Made by a program: the position numbers and the translations under genes. The notes under the pieces were generated by a model that did not search any database, was not told where the DNA came from, and was given only the letters and a program-made list of their open reading frames with translations. From positions 23,188,001-23,252,000 of the forward strand of contig OX597818.1 in assembly GCA_951406725.2 (NCBI GenBank): a stretch of DNA of 64,000 nt, given 5' to 3'. This stretch comes from Octopus vulgaris. Lineage: Eukaryota. Below are positions 14,601 to 26,843 of the stretch, one piece after another (position 1 is the stretch's first letter; every line of letters starts with the position of its first letter).

Positions 14601-15288
14601 CCCTTAACCCATTTGTTCCATAGAATTCACAAAGTTGTCAGGATGTGTGCATACATACATTATGCAAATAAGTATAATGATGCACACATATTTGTAAGTA
14701 AGGGCAGTGATTTTAAAAAATGATCATGGTAAAATGACTCTTATCCAACCTCATTTTAAACTTTCATTAAATGTTTGTTTTAAAAACTTTTAAGAAATAA
14801 TTTTTTCCCCTCTTTAAAGCTAGATGTTTTATTATTTTTTTAATTTTTATTTTTCTAGACTATCTAAACCCTTTAAGATGTTAGGATGTAAGTCCACTAT
14901 TTTCAGGTCTTGGTTAATCAATACCTTTTCCCAAACTTAGTATGAAATTGTTTATCATATTTTCTAAAATGTCAACTTTACAAAGGAATTTTGCCAAGTA
15001 TTTGTAAAGCTTAAAATTTAATTGGTTTGGATCATTAGCAGATGTGATCATTATGATAACTAGCAGTTCTTAATGATTATCAATAATACTGGTGACAGAT
15101 TTTTTTTGTTTTTGGAGTTTGTTATATTGCCAAACATCAATGTAATCAAAAATGGCAAACATGAACTTTATTTTTCTTACTGTTCAAGAATTTTCATTTG
15201 TTATTTGTATCATAAATGTGTCTATTAAATAAGTGCATATTAGCAAATGTCAAATGTTCTACATAGAATATACTAAAAGTGAGAGGGG
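14601..15288. mobile_element. Possible piggyBac-type non-autonomous element
   Basis: TTAA|CCC at 14597-14603 and GGG|TTAA at 15286-15292; TIR match beyond the first bases is weak. Confidence 0.3.
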
Positions 15289-15576
15289 TTAAGAAGGAAA
15301 GAGAACAGTTTTTAAAAATAAACATTGCATGTTAGTTTACAGATGTCAGCACATCTTGTTTTATAGAATGGCAGCCATGTACATAAACATATGTTGATTT
15401 AAACAAAGAATAAGGAATCACACAGTTCTATTTTTCCACATTTCTTTAATTTCTGTATTTTCTTGGCATACATATTTTGAAATAGGTGAAATAAGTATCA
15501 CTCTTAAGTATGACTAAGTTTGTAACTACATCTGTAACATATATATGTGTGTGTGTGTGTGTGTGTGTATATATTG

Positions 15577-16441
15577 AAATTGCAAAGGTAATCTGGAACT
15601 CGACTGAGGAAAGAAAACTCTGAATGACCCGTCCTTGTTTTCTTTGTATCGTCTATCTGGTTGTTTTCACCTAACTGTCTGGATGTTTTGCGTTCTTGTC
15701 CCATTTTGTATTATATATATAGTCATGTATGTAAACTTTGGTCTCTTATATGTAAGTATATATTTATGTAAATCTTGTACTACTCTTTCTTTTATCATTT
15801 TCTTCTTTCCTTCTTTCTATCAGCCCTTTCACGCTTATTTCGTTCTTTCGTTCCCTCTCTCTCACATTTCATTGCCTTCACTTCATGCTCACTTTCCCTC
15901 CTCCTTTCACTTCACTGTGTCCCTGTCATTTTTTCTTGCCCCTCCTTATTTCTTCTGTCCTGCCTCTTTCTCTTCTCTCCCCACATGACCAGTGTTCGGC
16001 CAAGCCTGACCTTTCTTTCTTGCTTTGGCCGTGGGCCATGCAACATCTATATTCTTCTCTGTGCCTGTGAAATCTTGTATCCCTGCCGTAAGGCTTTACT
16101 TCCATACACGCCAGCTTAATTTAATTCATCCTTAGTCGAAAGACACCTGTTGTTATGTCTTGTTATGTGTATTTGTGTAACTTTCTCCGTTTTTTCAGTC
16201 CTTGTTATCATATACATACGTTTCCAAGGAATCTAATGTTCTTAGCTTAGTTTTTCCTTGGGGCTGACCAGATTGGAGCAATCACAAATATAATCAGCCT
16301 AAATTGCAAAGATATCTGGAACTCAACTGAGGAAAGAAAACTCCGAATGACTCGTCCTTGTTTTCTTTGTATCGTCTATCTGGTTGTTTTGTTGTCCCTT
16401 TTTTGTATCACCTAACTGTCTGGATGTTTTGTATTCTTGTC
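15577..16441. mobile_element. Element with ~125-140 bp terminal direct repeats inserted in (AT)/(GT) microsatellite; Penelope-like pseudo-LTR structure suspected
   Basis: 15577-15700 and 16301-16441 are near-identical direct repeats (copy 2 has a short extra insert); both sides flanked by AT/GT tracts; no TG..CA LTR ends or TSD. Confidence 0.55.
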
Positions 16442-16483
<42 letters not shown>

Positions 16484-16747
16484 AATCATTAAATGTTCAT
16501 TTTTCCATGCTGTGATATATATGTGTGTGTGTGAGAGAGAGAGAGTAGGGACCTCTGCTCAAATTGAAAAGTAGCTATAAATGGCCCAAAATTGTTTTTA
16601 ATGAATGTGTATTTGTTTTCATAAAATACTATTGGATTTCTCATGAAAAGTCATCGTTCATGTGAGAAATGAAACTGCTTACCAACACATTTAATACATT
16701 TCTGTGTTTAGTGCACTGTTACATGTAGACACTTGATATTAAAAGTA

Positions 16748-17997
16748 TTAGGTTGCTTCACATGAAATGTCGCATTTCTAATTACTTGTTATTTCAGTCA
16801 TTTAAAAACTCAACTATGTAAACCTTGTATTTAATCTTGACTCTTTGTCTTTCCCAACAATATTGGTATACAAAATTCGTATCCACAGACCTTATGAAAA
16901 TAATAACAACCAAACTATGTTGAGTGATTTTCTTGTATGAGTACAAACTGGGTCACTGTGCCGCAGAAGCTCTATGGAATATCAAGCAAGCCTTTGGTAG
17001 TGGTTTTGTTGACATCAGGACTGTTCAGAGATGGTTCCAAAGCTCTTGTTCAGGAGATGAGAACCTCAAAAATAAACCAAGGGGTAGGCCAAAATCAGTT
17101 ATTTGGCATGATGGATTAAATGCTTTGGTTGAACAAAATCTGAGAACAATGGTTTCAAAACTTTCATCAGAACTCCATATATCTCGCACAACTGTTTTTG
17201 GACATCTCTCAAAAATTGGACAAATCAAGAAAATGGATAGGTTTGTTCCACATCAACTGAACAAGATTAAAAAAAGCAGACACCTCAAAGTGTGCTCCCT
17301 ATTGCTTTCTTGGCTGGAAAAGGCCATTTTTGCATCAAATCATTACTTGTAATGAGAAATGGATACTCTCTGACAACAGCAGGAGAACAGGACAGTGATT
17401 AGATGCAGGAGAGTCACCTAAACACTACCCAAACCCACCATTGCACCCTAAAAAGTTAGTGGTCATTGTATGGTGGTCTGCAAAAGGAGTTATTCATTAT
17501 TCATTTTTGTAACAAGGAAAAACGGTAACAGGTACATGGTATTGCCAGTAAATTGATTGTATGCATGAGAATTTGAAAAAGAAGCAACCAAGACTAGTGA
17601 ATAGAGATAGCCCAATTTTACTCCGCAACAGTGCATGTCCTCACACTCTTCAAGCTATAGTTCAAAAGTTTCAAAGCCTGAATTATGAGATTTTGCAACA
17701 TCCTCTCCATTCCCTTGATATCTCTCCTACTGATAATCATTTATTTAAGCATTTGGAGTTTTTCATAAGCAATAAAACATTCTTAAATAGAGAAAAGTTA
17801 ATTGAAGCATTCAGACAGTTTATCACAGCAAAAGACGAATTTTTTTTTAAAGATGGAATATATGACATAGAGAAACGTTGGGTAAAGGTCATAAATGAAC
17901 ATTAATCATACTTTGATTAAATAAATCAGTTCTCTAACACTTCTGAAACATTTTATTGTTACCTTTCAAATACAACATTTCATATGAAACAACTTAA
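16748..17997 (+). mobile_element. Full-length but inactivated mariner transposon (Hsmar1/SETMAR-like), 1250 bp
   Basis: ~30-bp TIRs (TTAGGTTGCTTCACATGAAATG / CATTTCATATGAAACAACTTAA) with TA duplications at 16746 and 17998; transposase pieces RTVQRWF, RGRP, FVPHQL, HSLDISPTDNHLFK; frameshift and stops between ORFs 16924-17352 and 17561-17905. Confidence 0.95.
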
Positions 17998-18690
17998 TAT
18001 ATTTCAAAAACTATGTGCATGACATCTAATTCAGACATATTAAATATGAACACAGGGTTAAGTAACTTGAAAAACAGTTAAAGGGGCACCCCCCACTACA
18101 CACACAAGTTATGGCTACCACTGGTTATGGGATTTGATGCTTATGGAAATTGTAAAGTATGACCATTAATTTTGGGGTACAGACTATAATTTCACTCTTA
18201 CAGAAACATGTATTTATAGTTTTAAAGTGTTAAGAATTCAACATTACTCTTTCTTAACTCAACAGCCACTTGCATTTTAGTTAAGATCAAAATATATAGT
18301 TAATGATTTGGAAAAACTATCATATTGTGTGTGAGTATGTGTGTGTTCCTCTCATTAGCATAATCACGACTACCAACAGCAACAGTAATATATAGTATGA
18401 AGAAAATAAATCCATTTCAAATAAATGGTGTGTCCTAGTATATTTTAAAAGTTGAATGAAATGTCTTTGATCTTAGGTCTATGCAGATTAACCTGAGACT
18501 AAACAGTCACAACAATACAATTAGGAACAGTGTAATCACTACAACACCAACAATACCTTCCCACCATCACTAACATCTAAATTAATGCAACCCACATCAT
18601 CCCCTCCATCAACTCACCAACTTTTGAATCCAACTGGCTACAACAGCTATCAGCATGTACACCTACATGTGTGTACATTAGTGTGTGTGT

Positions 18691-18950
18691 TCGCCTGGCC
18701 TCCGTGCCGGTGGCACGTAAAAAGCACCATCCGATCATAGCCGTTTGCCAGCCTCGTCTGGCACCTGTGCCGGTGGCACGTAAAAAGCACCCACTAAACT
18801 CATGGAGTGGTTGGCGTTAGGAAGGGCATCCAGCCGTAGAAACATTGCCAGATCAGACTGGGCCTCGTGCAGCCGTCTGGCTTCCTAGACCCCAGTTGAA
18901 CCGTCCAACCTATGCCAGCATGAAAAGCGGAAGCTAAACGATGATGATGA
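18691..18950 (+). mobile_element. 5'-truncated RTE LINE 3' UTR copy with (GAT)n tail
   Basis: Reverse complement of 21317-21560; GGTTGGCGTTAGGAAGGGCATCCAGC motif and GATGATGAT tail. Confidence 0.85.
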
Positions 18951-19085
18951 AGTTAGAAGTGCAAAGGGCAAATTGTCTATAAAGTTTGATAAAATTTCTT
19001 TTATGCAATGTGCTGAACCACCCAGTGAACTTCAATGACTTTTTTGATAATGCAAGAGTAGAATAGTCTTTAGAGTACTTATTGG

Positions 19086-19700
19086 TTCCAGCCAATGGAT
19101 CAAAGTGTGATAGCTAACTTTAAGGCATGTTATCTGAGAAGAACTTTCAAACAACTTGTGAAATCAATTGACAGGGAGGATAAACATACAGTCAGAGATT
19201 TCTGGAAGAAATTCAACATAATGGATGCTATGGATAATATAGGTGAGTCATGGGATGAAGTGAAACCTTCCACTTTGAATAGTGCTTGGAAAACTATATG
19301 ACCAGACTGTATCCATGACATTGCAAGTTTTCCTCAAGCAAGAAGTTTACATCAAATTCAGAAAATAGTGACACTTGCAAAGATTGTAGGATTTGAAGAA
19401 ATCATAGAGGATGATGTGATTGAGTTGCTAGTGTCTTAGGTAGAAAGTCTAATGAGGAGCTGATGCTGGAAAAAGAACAAACTCAAAATACAGATGAGAA
19501 AATGGAAGTTTCACCTACACCACTTAAATTGGTGCCAAAAATGGTTGCTAAAGAGTTGGCAATTATAGAGGAAGATTTGCTCAATTAGATCCTAATCATG
19601 AACACAACATAAAAATTACACAAAGAATATTCAATGAGTCATACTGAGCTGTACAACGGGATGCTGCATCATACAACAGATAACTCTGGATAAGCTCTTC
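19086..19700 (+). mobile_element. Tigger/pogo transposase C-terminal fragment
   Basis: QPMDQSVIANFKACYLRRTF...DFWKKFNIMDA...SWDEVKPSTLNSAWK matches the Tigger DDE_1 QPMDQGVI motif and downstream helices. Confidence 0.85.
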
Positions 19701-19984
19701 ACCCCTCAAGCTAACGTTTGTGTTAATGAAGTATAAGATAGTATATATTGTCCTTCATCCTCCTAGTAATGCTCATTACACCACCACCCCTCACACTGTA
19801 GTCAACATCTTTTGTGGTAAGAATATACTCTTACAATATAACAATTCATATTAATTCTCTAATGTATTCCTCTTGAAATGTTTTTGTGCTTTTATGTATC
19901 TGTATTCTACTGTGTATGTTTAGAAATTGTCTTTGCTGGAATTCAATAATTTTGTTTCTGTTTTACTGCATGAAAAATCAGAAT

Positions 19985-20625
19985 GAGCATTGCAGTCTCA
20001 GATCCTTTGGTGACATGTTTACATTCATATTTCATAAATTTTATTGAATTTCAGAACTTAGAAGTGATATGCGTAATAAATATTTTTTGTCATGAGTTTG
20101 CAGTAGGGAATTGTACATTTGTTGTCGAGGTTTTGAAGCTTCCACCCAATGTATTTTTCTTCTTTAAGACAGAGAGAGCCAACCATCTTCACCTTTTACA
20201 AATAGTCTTGAAAACCATTTGATGTATTTTTGTCTTCCATGCAAGCTAAATTCCTGTTGTGGTCATAACAGGGACCATAAATCATTTGGCCTTTAACAAT
20301 ACAATGGTTCCTCTGTGCAAGGGTCTTAAAGCTATCCGGGTTTATTTGAGTCAATTTGGTTGGAGGGAATCTTATTTGTTAACCATATTGAAAGGTTTGA
20401 ATGTGACAAACTCTTTTTTCTGTAATATTATGGATAGAAATATCAGTTCATTTGTAGCAAATTCTCACATGAAATGGTTGATTTCAAATGTTTGTGACCA
20501 AAATTTGAATTTGCATCCTTAAAATTCAATTTCCTGCTTAAATGAATTAAACCAGGTAACATTTCAATTTCACTAGCTGATGAATATACCAGCGCAATCA
20601 GTAGCAGCTTTATTTTAATCAAGTC
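19985..20625 (-). mobile_element. Decayed Helitron Rep (HUH) domain fragment
   Basis: Hand translation of the minus strand across frameshifts gives, in order, QKKxLSHSNLSIWL (QKRGLPHAHILIWL), MIYGPC...ACMED (MIHGPC...PCMxD), LDNKCTIPYCKLMTK (DNRWIVPYxPLLSK) and KYECKHVTKGSE (KYICKYVNKGSD). Confidence 0.75.
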
Positions 20626-20866
20626 TTTTTCTAAAATTGCTGCTTTGCTAAAGAGAAGTAATAGTAATGGAGATTGAGAGATAGGAAAGTAAAAGACTGA
20701 AAGGTCAGGGTTTTTAATGGGGAGTAGGAAGAGAAGATAAAAGAGTAAAAGTATGTGGATTCAGCACTGTGGTAGCAGTGAAGAAATTAATGATACCTAC
20801 ATACAAAAGAAAAAGGAGGACAAAATGTACTTATACATAATTTTTTCAAGTGTATATGCATATATG

Positions 20867-20897
<31 letters not shown>

Positions 20898-21316
20898 GCA
20901 GGCATTGTTGCACAGTTAAGAAATTCGCTTTATTGTCATCCCCATTTTGGGTTCAGCTCCACTGTGACACCTTGAGCAAATGTCTTCAAGCAATCAGGCA
21001 AGTGTGAATGAATTTTGTAGAGGGAAACTGTAGGAAGTCTATTACATATGCATGAGTGCATATGTGCGTGTGTGTGTGTACAAATGTACATGATTATAGA
21101 TATCATGAATGGTCACACTGCACTTTCAAAGACATGGAATAAAATATGCCTTACTTGAAACTAAGCAAAGATTTATGTCAGAGAGCACTTCTGATCATAA
21201 AATAGTGCAATTTTGCCATAAATAGTCCCTTTCCAACACATGCTAGTTTACAGACAGGTAGTAAAATGAGTAAGCAACTATATGTTTGTATGTGATAAAG
21301 GAAAAGGAAAATTAAG

Positions 21317-24300
21317 ATCATCATCATCATCTTCGTTTAACGTCCGTTCTCCATGCTAGCATGGGTTGGACGGTTCGACCGGGGATCTGGGAAGCCAGAA
21401 GGCTGCACCAGGCTCCAGTCTTATCTGGCAATGTTTCTACAGCTGGATGCCCTTCCTAACGCCAACCACTCCCTGAGTGTAGTGGGTGCTTTTTACGTGC
21501 CACCCGCACAGGTGCCAGGCGAGGCTGGCAACGGCCACGGTCGGATTGGTACAATTTACGTGCCACCGGCACAGAAGCCGGTCAAGCCGGCGCTGGCATC
21601 GGCCATGATTCGGATAGTGCTTTTTACGTACCACCAGTCCAGGGGTCCTGGCATCTGCCGGGTGCCAGTCATAGGATTGGTTCAATTTCGATTTCACTTG
21701 CCCCAACATGTCTTCGCAAGCAAAGGGGGTTGGCATGGGTGCCTGTCGTCGGATGAGGTTCAATATCGACTTCGCTTGCCTCAACAGTTCTTTGGGTCCA
21801 AGGGAGGAAAGGCATGCATAAGTGGGCTGGGCTCACTTGTCCTGCCTGGTCTTCTCACGTACAGCATATTTCCAAAGGTCTCGGTCGCTGGTCATTTCCT
21901 CAGTGAGGCCTAAAGTTCGAAGGTCGTGCTTCACCACCTCGTCCCAGGTTTTCCTGGGTCTACCTCTTCCACGGGTTCCCTCAACTGCTGGGGATTGGCA
22001 CTTTTTCACACACCTATCTTCATCCATTCTCGCCACGTGACCATACCAGCGCAATCGTCTTTCTTGCATACCACAACTGATGCTTCTTAGGTACAACATT
22101 TCTCTCAAGGTACTAACGCTCTGTCGAGTATGTACACTGACACTACACATCCATCGGAGCATACTGGCTTCATTCCTCGCGAGCTTACGCATGTCCTCAG
22201 CAGTCACGGCCCATGTTTCACTGCCATGTAGCATGGCTGTTCGTACACATGCATCATACAGTCTGCCTTTAGTCACCAGCAGAGGTAAGAGCTCCCTAAA
22301 CTTTGCCCAGGCTATTCTTATTCTAGCAGTTACACTTTAAACGCACCCACCCCCTCTACTGACTTGGTCACCTAGATAACGGAAGCTATCAACTACTTCT
22401 AGTTTTTCCCCCTGGAAAGTGACGAAAGTTGTTTTCTGCAGATTTTCGGAGGTTAATGCTCCCGAGCATCTGCCACATACAAAAACTATCTTCCCAGTTA
22501 GCCTACCTTTGACATTGCTGCACCTCTTATGTGTCCATAGCTTACACTGGGTACATCTTATAGATTTTCTACCTACACCTTTTCTACAGATCAAGCAGGG
22601 CCATCTTCCTGAAGACATTTGTGGATTGTCTACCTTCCTACTTATTAGTACTTTGGTTTTAGCTAGGTTGACTCTAAGGCCCCTCGATTCTAAACCCTCC
22701 TTCCACACCTGGAACTTCTCCTACAGTTCTGATAGTGACTCAGCAATTAGAGCAAGGTCGTCAGCATAGAGGAGCTCCCAGGGGCAACCTGTCTTGAATT
22801 CCTCCGTAATTGCCTGGAGGACTATGATAAATAGGAGGGGGCTGAGTACTGAACCCTGGTGGACCCCATCCTCTACTTTGAATTCTTCTGTGTACATGTT
22901 GCCAACCCTAACCTTACTTACGGCATCTCTGTACATGGCTTGCACAGCCCTCACCAGCCATTCATCTATCCCTAGTTTCCTCATTGACCACTAGATAAGG
23001 GATCAGGGGACCCTGTCAAAGGCTTTCTCCATGTCAATGAAAGCCAGGTACAGGGGCTTATCTTTGGCTAGGTATTTCTCCTGCAGCTGCCTTACCAGGA
23101 ATATAACATCAGTGGTACTTTTCCCTGGCACGAACCCAATCTGCATCTCATCTAAACTAACTCTCTCTCTAATTAGTTGGGCTATGACCCTCTCCATAAC
23201 CTTCATTACCTGATCCAACAGCTTGATACCTCTGTAATTATTTGTATCTAGAGCATCACCTTTACCTTTGTAGCAGTTGACTAGTATGCTGCTACACCAG
23301 TCATTGGGTATGACTCCTTCGTGTATCACCTGGTTGACTATATGGGTGACTAGGTTATAGCCGACACTGCCAGATATTTTGAGCATCTCTGCAGTAATTC
23401 CTGATGGGCCTGGGGCTTTCCCTGTCTTCATGCTCCTAATTGCTTTAACTACCAAAGAATTTTCAACTCGGATGGCTGGTCCCTCTGTTGGGTTGACATT
23501 CGGCAGACTCTCTTTATCCCATTCATTTTCTTTATTCAGCAACCTTTCATAGTGGCATCTCCAAACCTCTCTCTTTGCATCCTCATTTAGCGCAAGTGAA
23601 CCATCATCCATGCGGACACATTTCTCTCCTACCACATCATGATTTTCTCTCACACACTGTCTTGCAACACGAAATACCTCAAGTCTTTCATCCTCACGGC
23701 TCAGAACATTGGCAAATTTTTTCTTATCCGCTTCCCCTCTGGCTAAATAAACCTATCTCCTAGCTTCCCTTCTGGCTGTCTGATACAATTCCCTGCTACC
23801 ACCGTTCTTCCAGTCCTTCCAAGCCTGTCTCTTTTGTCTAATAGCCCTGTCAACCACAGTGTTCCACCACCACGTTACTCTGGGTCGAGATGATACTTTG
23901 CTCCATCCACAGATCTGGTCAGTGGCTGTCAGCAGATTGTCCCGTAGAAATCTCCAGTTGTCTTCCACATTAAGTGAAGCTATATCCCCTTCTATTTCGT
24001 CAAAGGCTTCGAGTAGTATGTCTCTAAATGTCTGTCCATTTGCAGGATCTTTAAGCTTCCAGACCCTTCTCCTCCAAGCTGGTCTTCTTCTGGGCAACCA
24101 TTTAGCTCTGATCCTGAAGTCGCTAACTACTAATCTATGTTGAGGAGTACATTCTTCGCCTGGAAAGGTTTTGGCATTTATAAGCAGCCCTCTTTCCCTT
24201 TTTCTGGCAAGGATGTAGTCAATCTGGCTAGTGTGTCTGCCAGAACGGTAGGTGACTAGATGAGAGGTGGGTTTCCTGAAGTTGGTATTGCAGACCATAA

Positions 24301-24620
24301 TGTCATTTGCATCGCAGAACTCCAGCAGCCTGGTTCCCTCCTCATTACGAGAGCCAAAACCGTAGCCTCCATGAACACCATGGAAGCCCCCGACCTGCCG
24401 TCCAACATGTCCATTGAAATCACCTGCCACGAAGAGAAGGTCACTGTCATTTGTCAACGAGGTAGTCCGCAATAGGGTGTCATAGAATTGGTCTTTTTGT
24501 CCTTCCGGTAGCCCTGGTTGAGGGGCATATGCTGAGATGATTGTAGCTGACCTATTGTGGAGGACTAATCTAATTTTAATTACTCTGTCACTTACTCTGA
24601 CTACCTCGATTACCTTACCT
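21317..24620 (-). mobile_element. Young 5'-truncated RTE-clade LINE (APE endonuclease + RT + PHD finger), single frame with 5 nonsense codons
   Basis: ORFs 23753-24643, 23003-23653, 22721-22984, 22337-22708 and 21833-22276 share one frame; motifs SAYAPQ, GDFNGHVG, SQIDY, YRGIKLL, DMEKAFDRVP, GVHQGSVLSP, YADD, FRYLG, RLRWYGHV, RGRGRPRKTW; ~500-bp 3' UTR ending in (GAT)n. Confidence 0.97.
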
Positions 24621-24889
24621 ATGTATGCATATAAAATAATCAATATAATTGCTAAGTAAACAAGGTATATAAATATGTATACATATTGTGTCAGATGGTT
24701 TTTTTATATTGACTAAGCATTTGTAATGGTTAGGTGTTGTTAATTGCTTTGATTCTCATACATTCTAAATGAGTCTGCCTTGGAATAATACATATTAATG
24801 TTCATCTCAGAACATTAATATTACTAAAAAAAAAACTGAGAATATTTAATCTATCTTGTTATTTTTATAGCTTGACTGCCTTTATATAT

Positions 24890-25862
24890 CTGCTTCCCAA
24901 CCACATTGTTTCAGGTTCAGTCCCACTGCATGGCACCTTGTGTCTTCTACAATAGTCCTCACCCAACCAAAACCATGTGAGTGGATTTGATAGAGAGAAA
25001 CTGAAAGAAGCCTATTGTGTATATATGTATATGTGTATGGGTATGTTTGTGCCCTCTTGTTTTCACATTGTTTAATGTAAATAAATGTCATTCATTTCCA
25101 ATATTCTGTGAAAGCATGTCTAGCCATGACAAATTATTGCCTGCTTGGAAACAGGTAAGGGTTAGCAAAAGGAAGGACACCTGGCTGTAGAAAATCCGCT
25201 TCAATGAAATCTGTCCAAACCATGCAAGCATATGAAAGTGTATGTTTTGATGATAATGTGTGTATATGTGTGTACCAGTATGGTAGTGTGGTTGTGAGGC
25301 TGCACTTCAAAACTATATGTCTTAGGGTTTCTTCCCATTATATGACTCTATGAAGCAAGTATCTTCTGCTATGGCCTGGGGCTAACCAATGATCTGTGAG
25401 TAGATCTGGTAGATGGAAATTCAATCAGGGCACAAATGTCAAGACAAGAAAAAACACACATACACTTGCACATGCATGTGCATATATGTGTGTGTGTGTG
25501 TGTGTGTGGTAAGAGGCTTGCTTCCCAACCACATGGTTCCAAGTTCAATTCCACTGTGGCACCTTGGGCAATGTTTTCTACTATAGCCTAGAGCAAGCCA
25601 AAATCTTGTGAGTAGATTTGGTTGATGGAAACTGAAAGTAGCCCGTCATATGTGTGTGTGTGTGTGTTTGTACTCACCACCATTGCTTGACAACCGATGT
25701 TGGTATGTTTACGTCCCTGTAACTTAGCGGTTTGGCAAAAGAGACCAATAGAATAAGTACTGGGCTTACAAAGAATAAATCATGGGGTTGATTTCTTCGA
25801 CTAAAAACAAAAAGTTGGTGCTCCACCTTGGCTGCAGTCAAGTGACTGAAACAAATAAAAGA
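24890..25862 (+). mobile_element. Cluster of tRNA-derived SINEs (GCTTCCCAACCACATGGTTCC...CCTTGGGCAA family)
   Basis: Three partial to complete copies with B-box-like GGTTCAGTCC/AGTTCAATTCC and CCTTGGGCAA core, separated by (GT)n; other copies at ~7355 (-), ~10420, ~20895, ~59300 (-), ~62150 (-). Confidence 0.75.
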
Positions 25863-26285
25863 ATATATATATATATATATATATATATAGTCAATTCAAA
25901 TAAAGGAACAATAAATCAAACAATAACAAACAAGAGGATGTGCACAAAGAATGTATTAGTTTGACGCTCAGTAAAAAGAGAGAGTCTTTCATGTTTAAAG
26001 AATAGCTCTTTGTCAGAAAGAAGAAAGAGAAAAATATGAAGAAAGAAAAGAAATCACAAACACCATGTATGTGGTTACATTACTGAAGTGCAATATATAT
26101 ATATTTATTTATATGTATGTATGTATATATATATGTATGTATGTATGTATGTAGCGAGGGTATGAGAGGTATTGGTATCTAGAAGACCCAAAGAGTGGCA
26201 GATAACACTAAGTAAGTGCTATGGACAGGCCGTAGTTAAATTCTTAGTTCGACAGTGATATGAGTGGGGAGTCCAATGTGGGTTT

Positions 26286-26334
<49 letters not shown>

Positions 26335-26338
<4 letters not shown>

Positions 26339-26795
26339 TCATCATCATCGTTTAAAGTCCGTTTTCCATGCTAGCATGGATTGGACGGTTTTGACTGAAG
26401 GTTAGCAACCAGATGGCTGCACCAGGCTCCAGTCTTGATCTGGCAGAGTTTCTACAGCTGGATGCCCTTCCTAATGCCAACCACTCCGAGAGTGTAGTGG
26501 GTGCTTTTTACATGCCACCTGCACGGGGGCCAGTTAGGTGGTACTGGCAATGACCTCGCTCGAATCTTTTACACGTGCCACTGACACAGGTGCCAGTGAA
26601 GCGATGTTGGTAACGATCACGCTCGAATGGTGCCCTTTTACGTGCCACAGGTATGGAAGCCAGATGGCTGCTCTGGCAATGATCACAACAATCATGCTCG
26701 GATGGTATCCTTGGCTCCCTACTAGCACAGGCATAAGTGCCAGTAAGGCGACGCTGGTAACGATCATACTCGAATAGCCTCTCTGTCAACGATCA
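26335..26795 (-). mobile_element. RTE LINE 3' UTR copy inserted in (AT)n
   Basis: (CAT)n then GTTTAAAGTCCG...GGATGCCCTTCCTAATGCCAACC and repeated TTTTACRYGTGCCAC units, as in 21317-21700. Confidence 0.85.
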
Positions 26796-26797
26796 CA

Positions 26798-26843
<46 letters not shown>

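Noticed and set aside
15635-16119. Hydrophobic membrane-protein-like ORFs (also 12442-12892, 59000-59530)
   Set aside because: Produced by pyrimidine-rich or repeat-derived low-complexity DNA.
18703-18792. Pistol-ribozyme-like CGTGCC..GGCACG-TAAAAAG
   Set aside because: The 3-nt loop cannot form the required pseudoknot, and downstream pistol elements are absent.
21353-21913. 186-aa + strand ORF, and similar ORFs at 56209-56827, 53137-53427, 26508-26789
   Set aside because: Antisense or incidental readings of the GC-rich LINE 3' UTR; no protein motifs.
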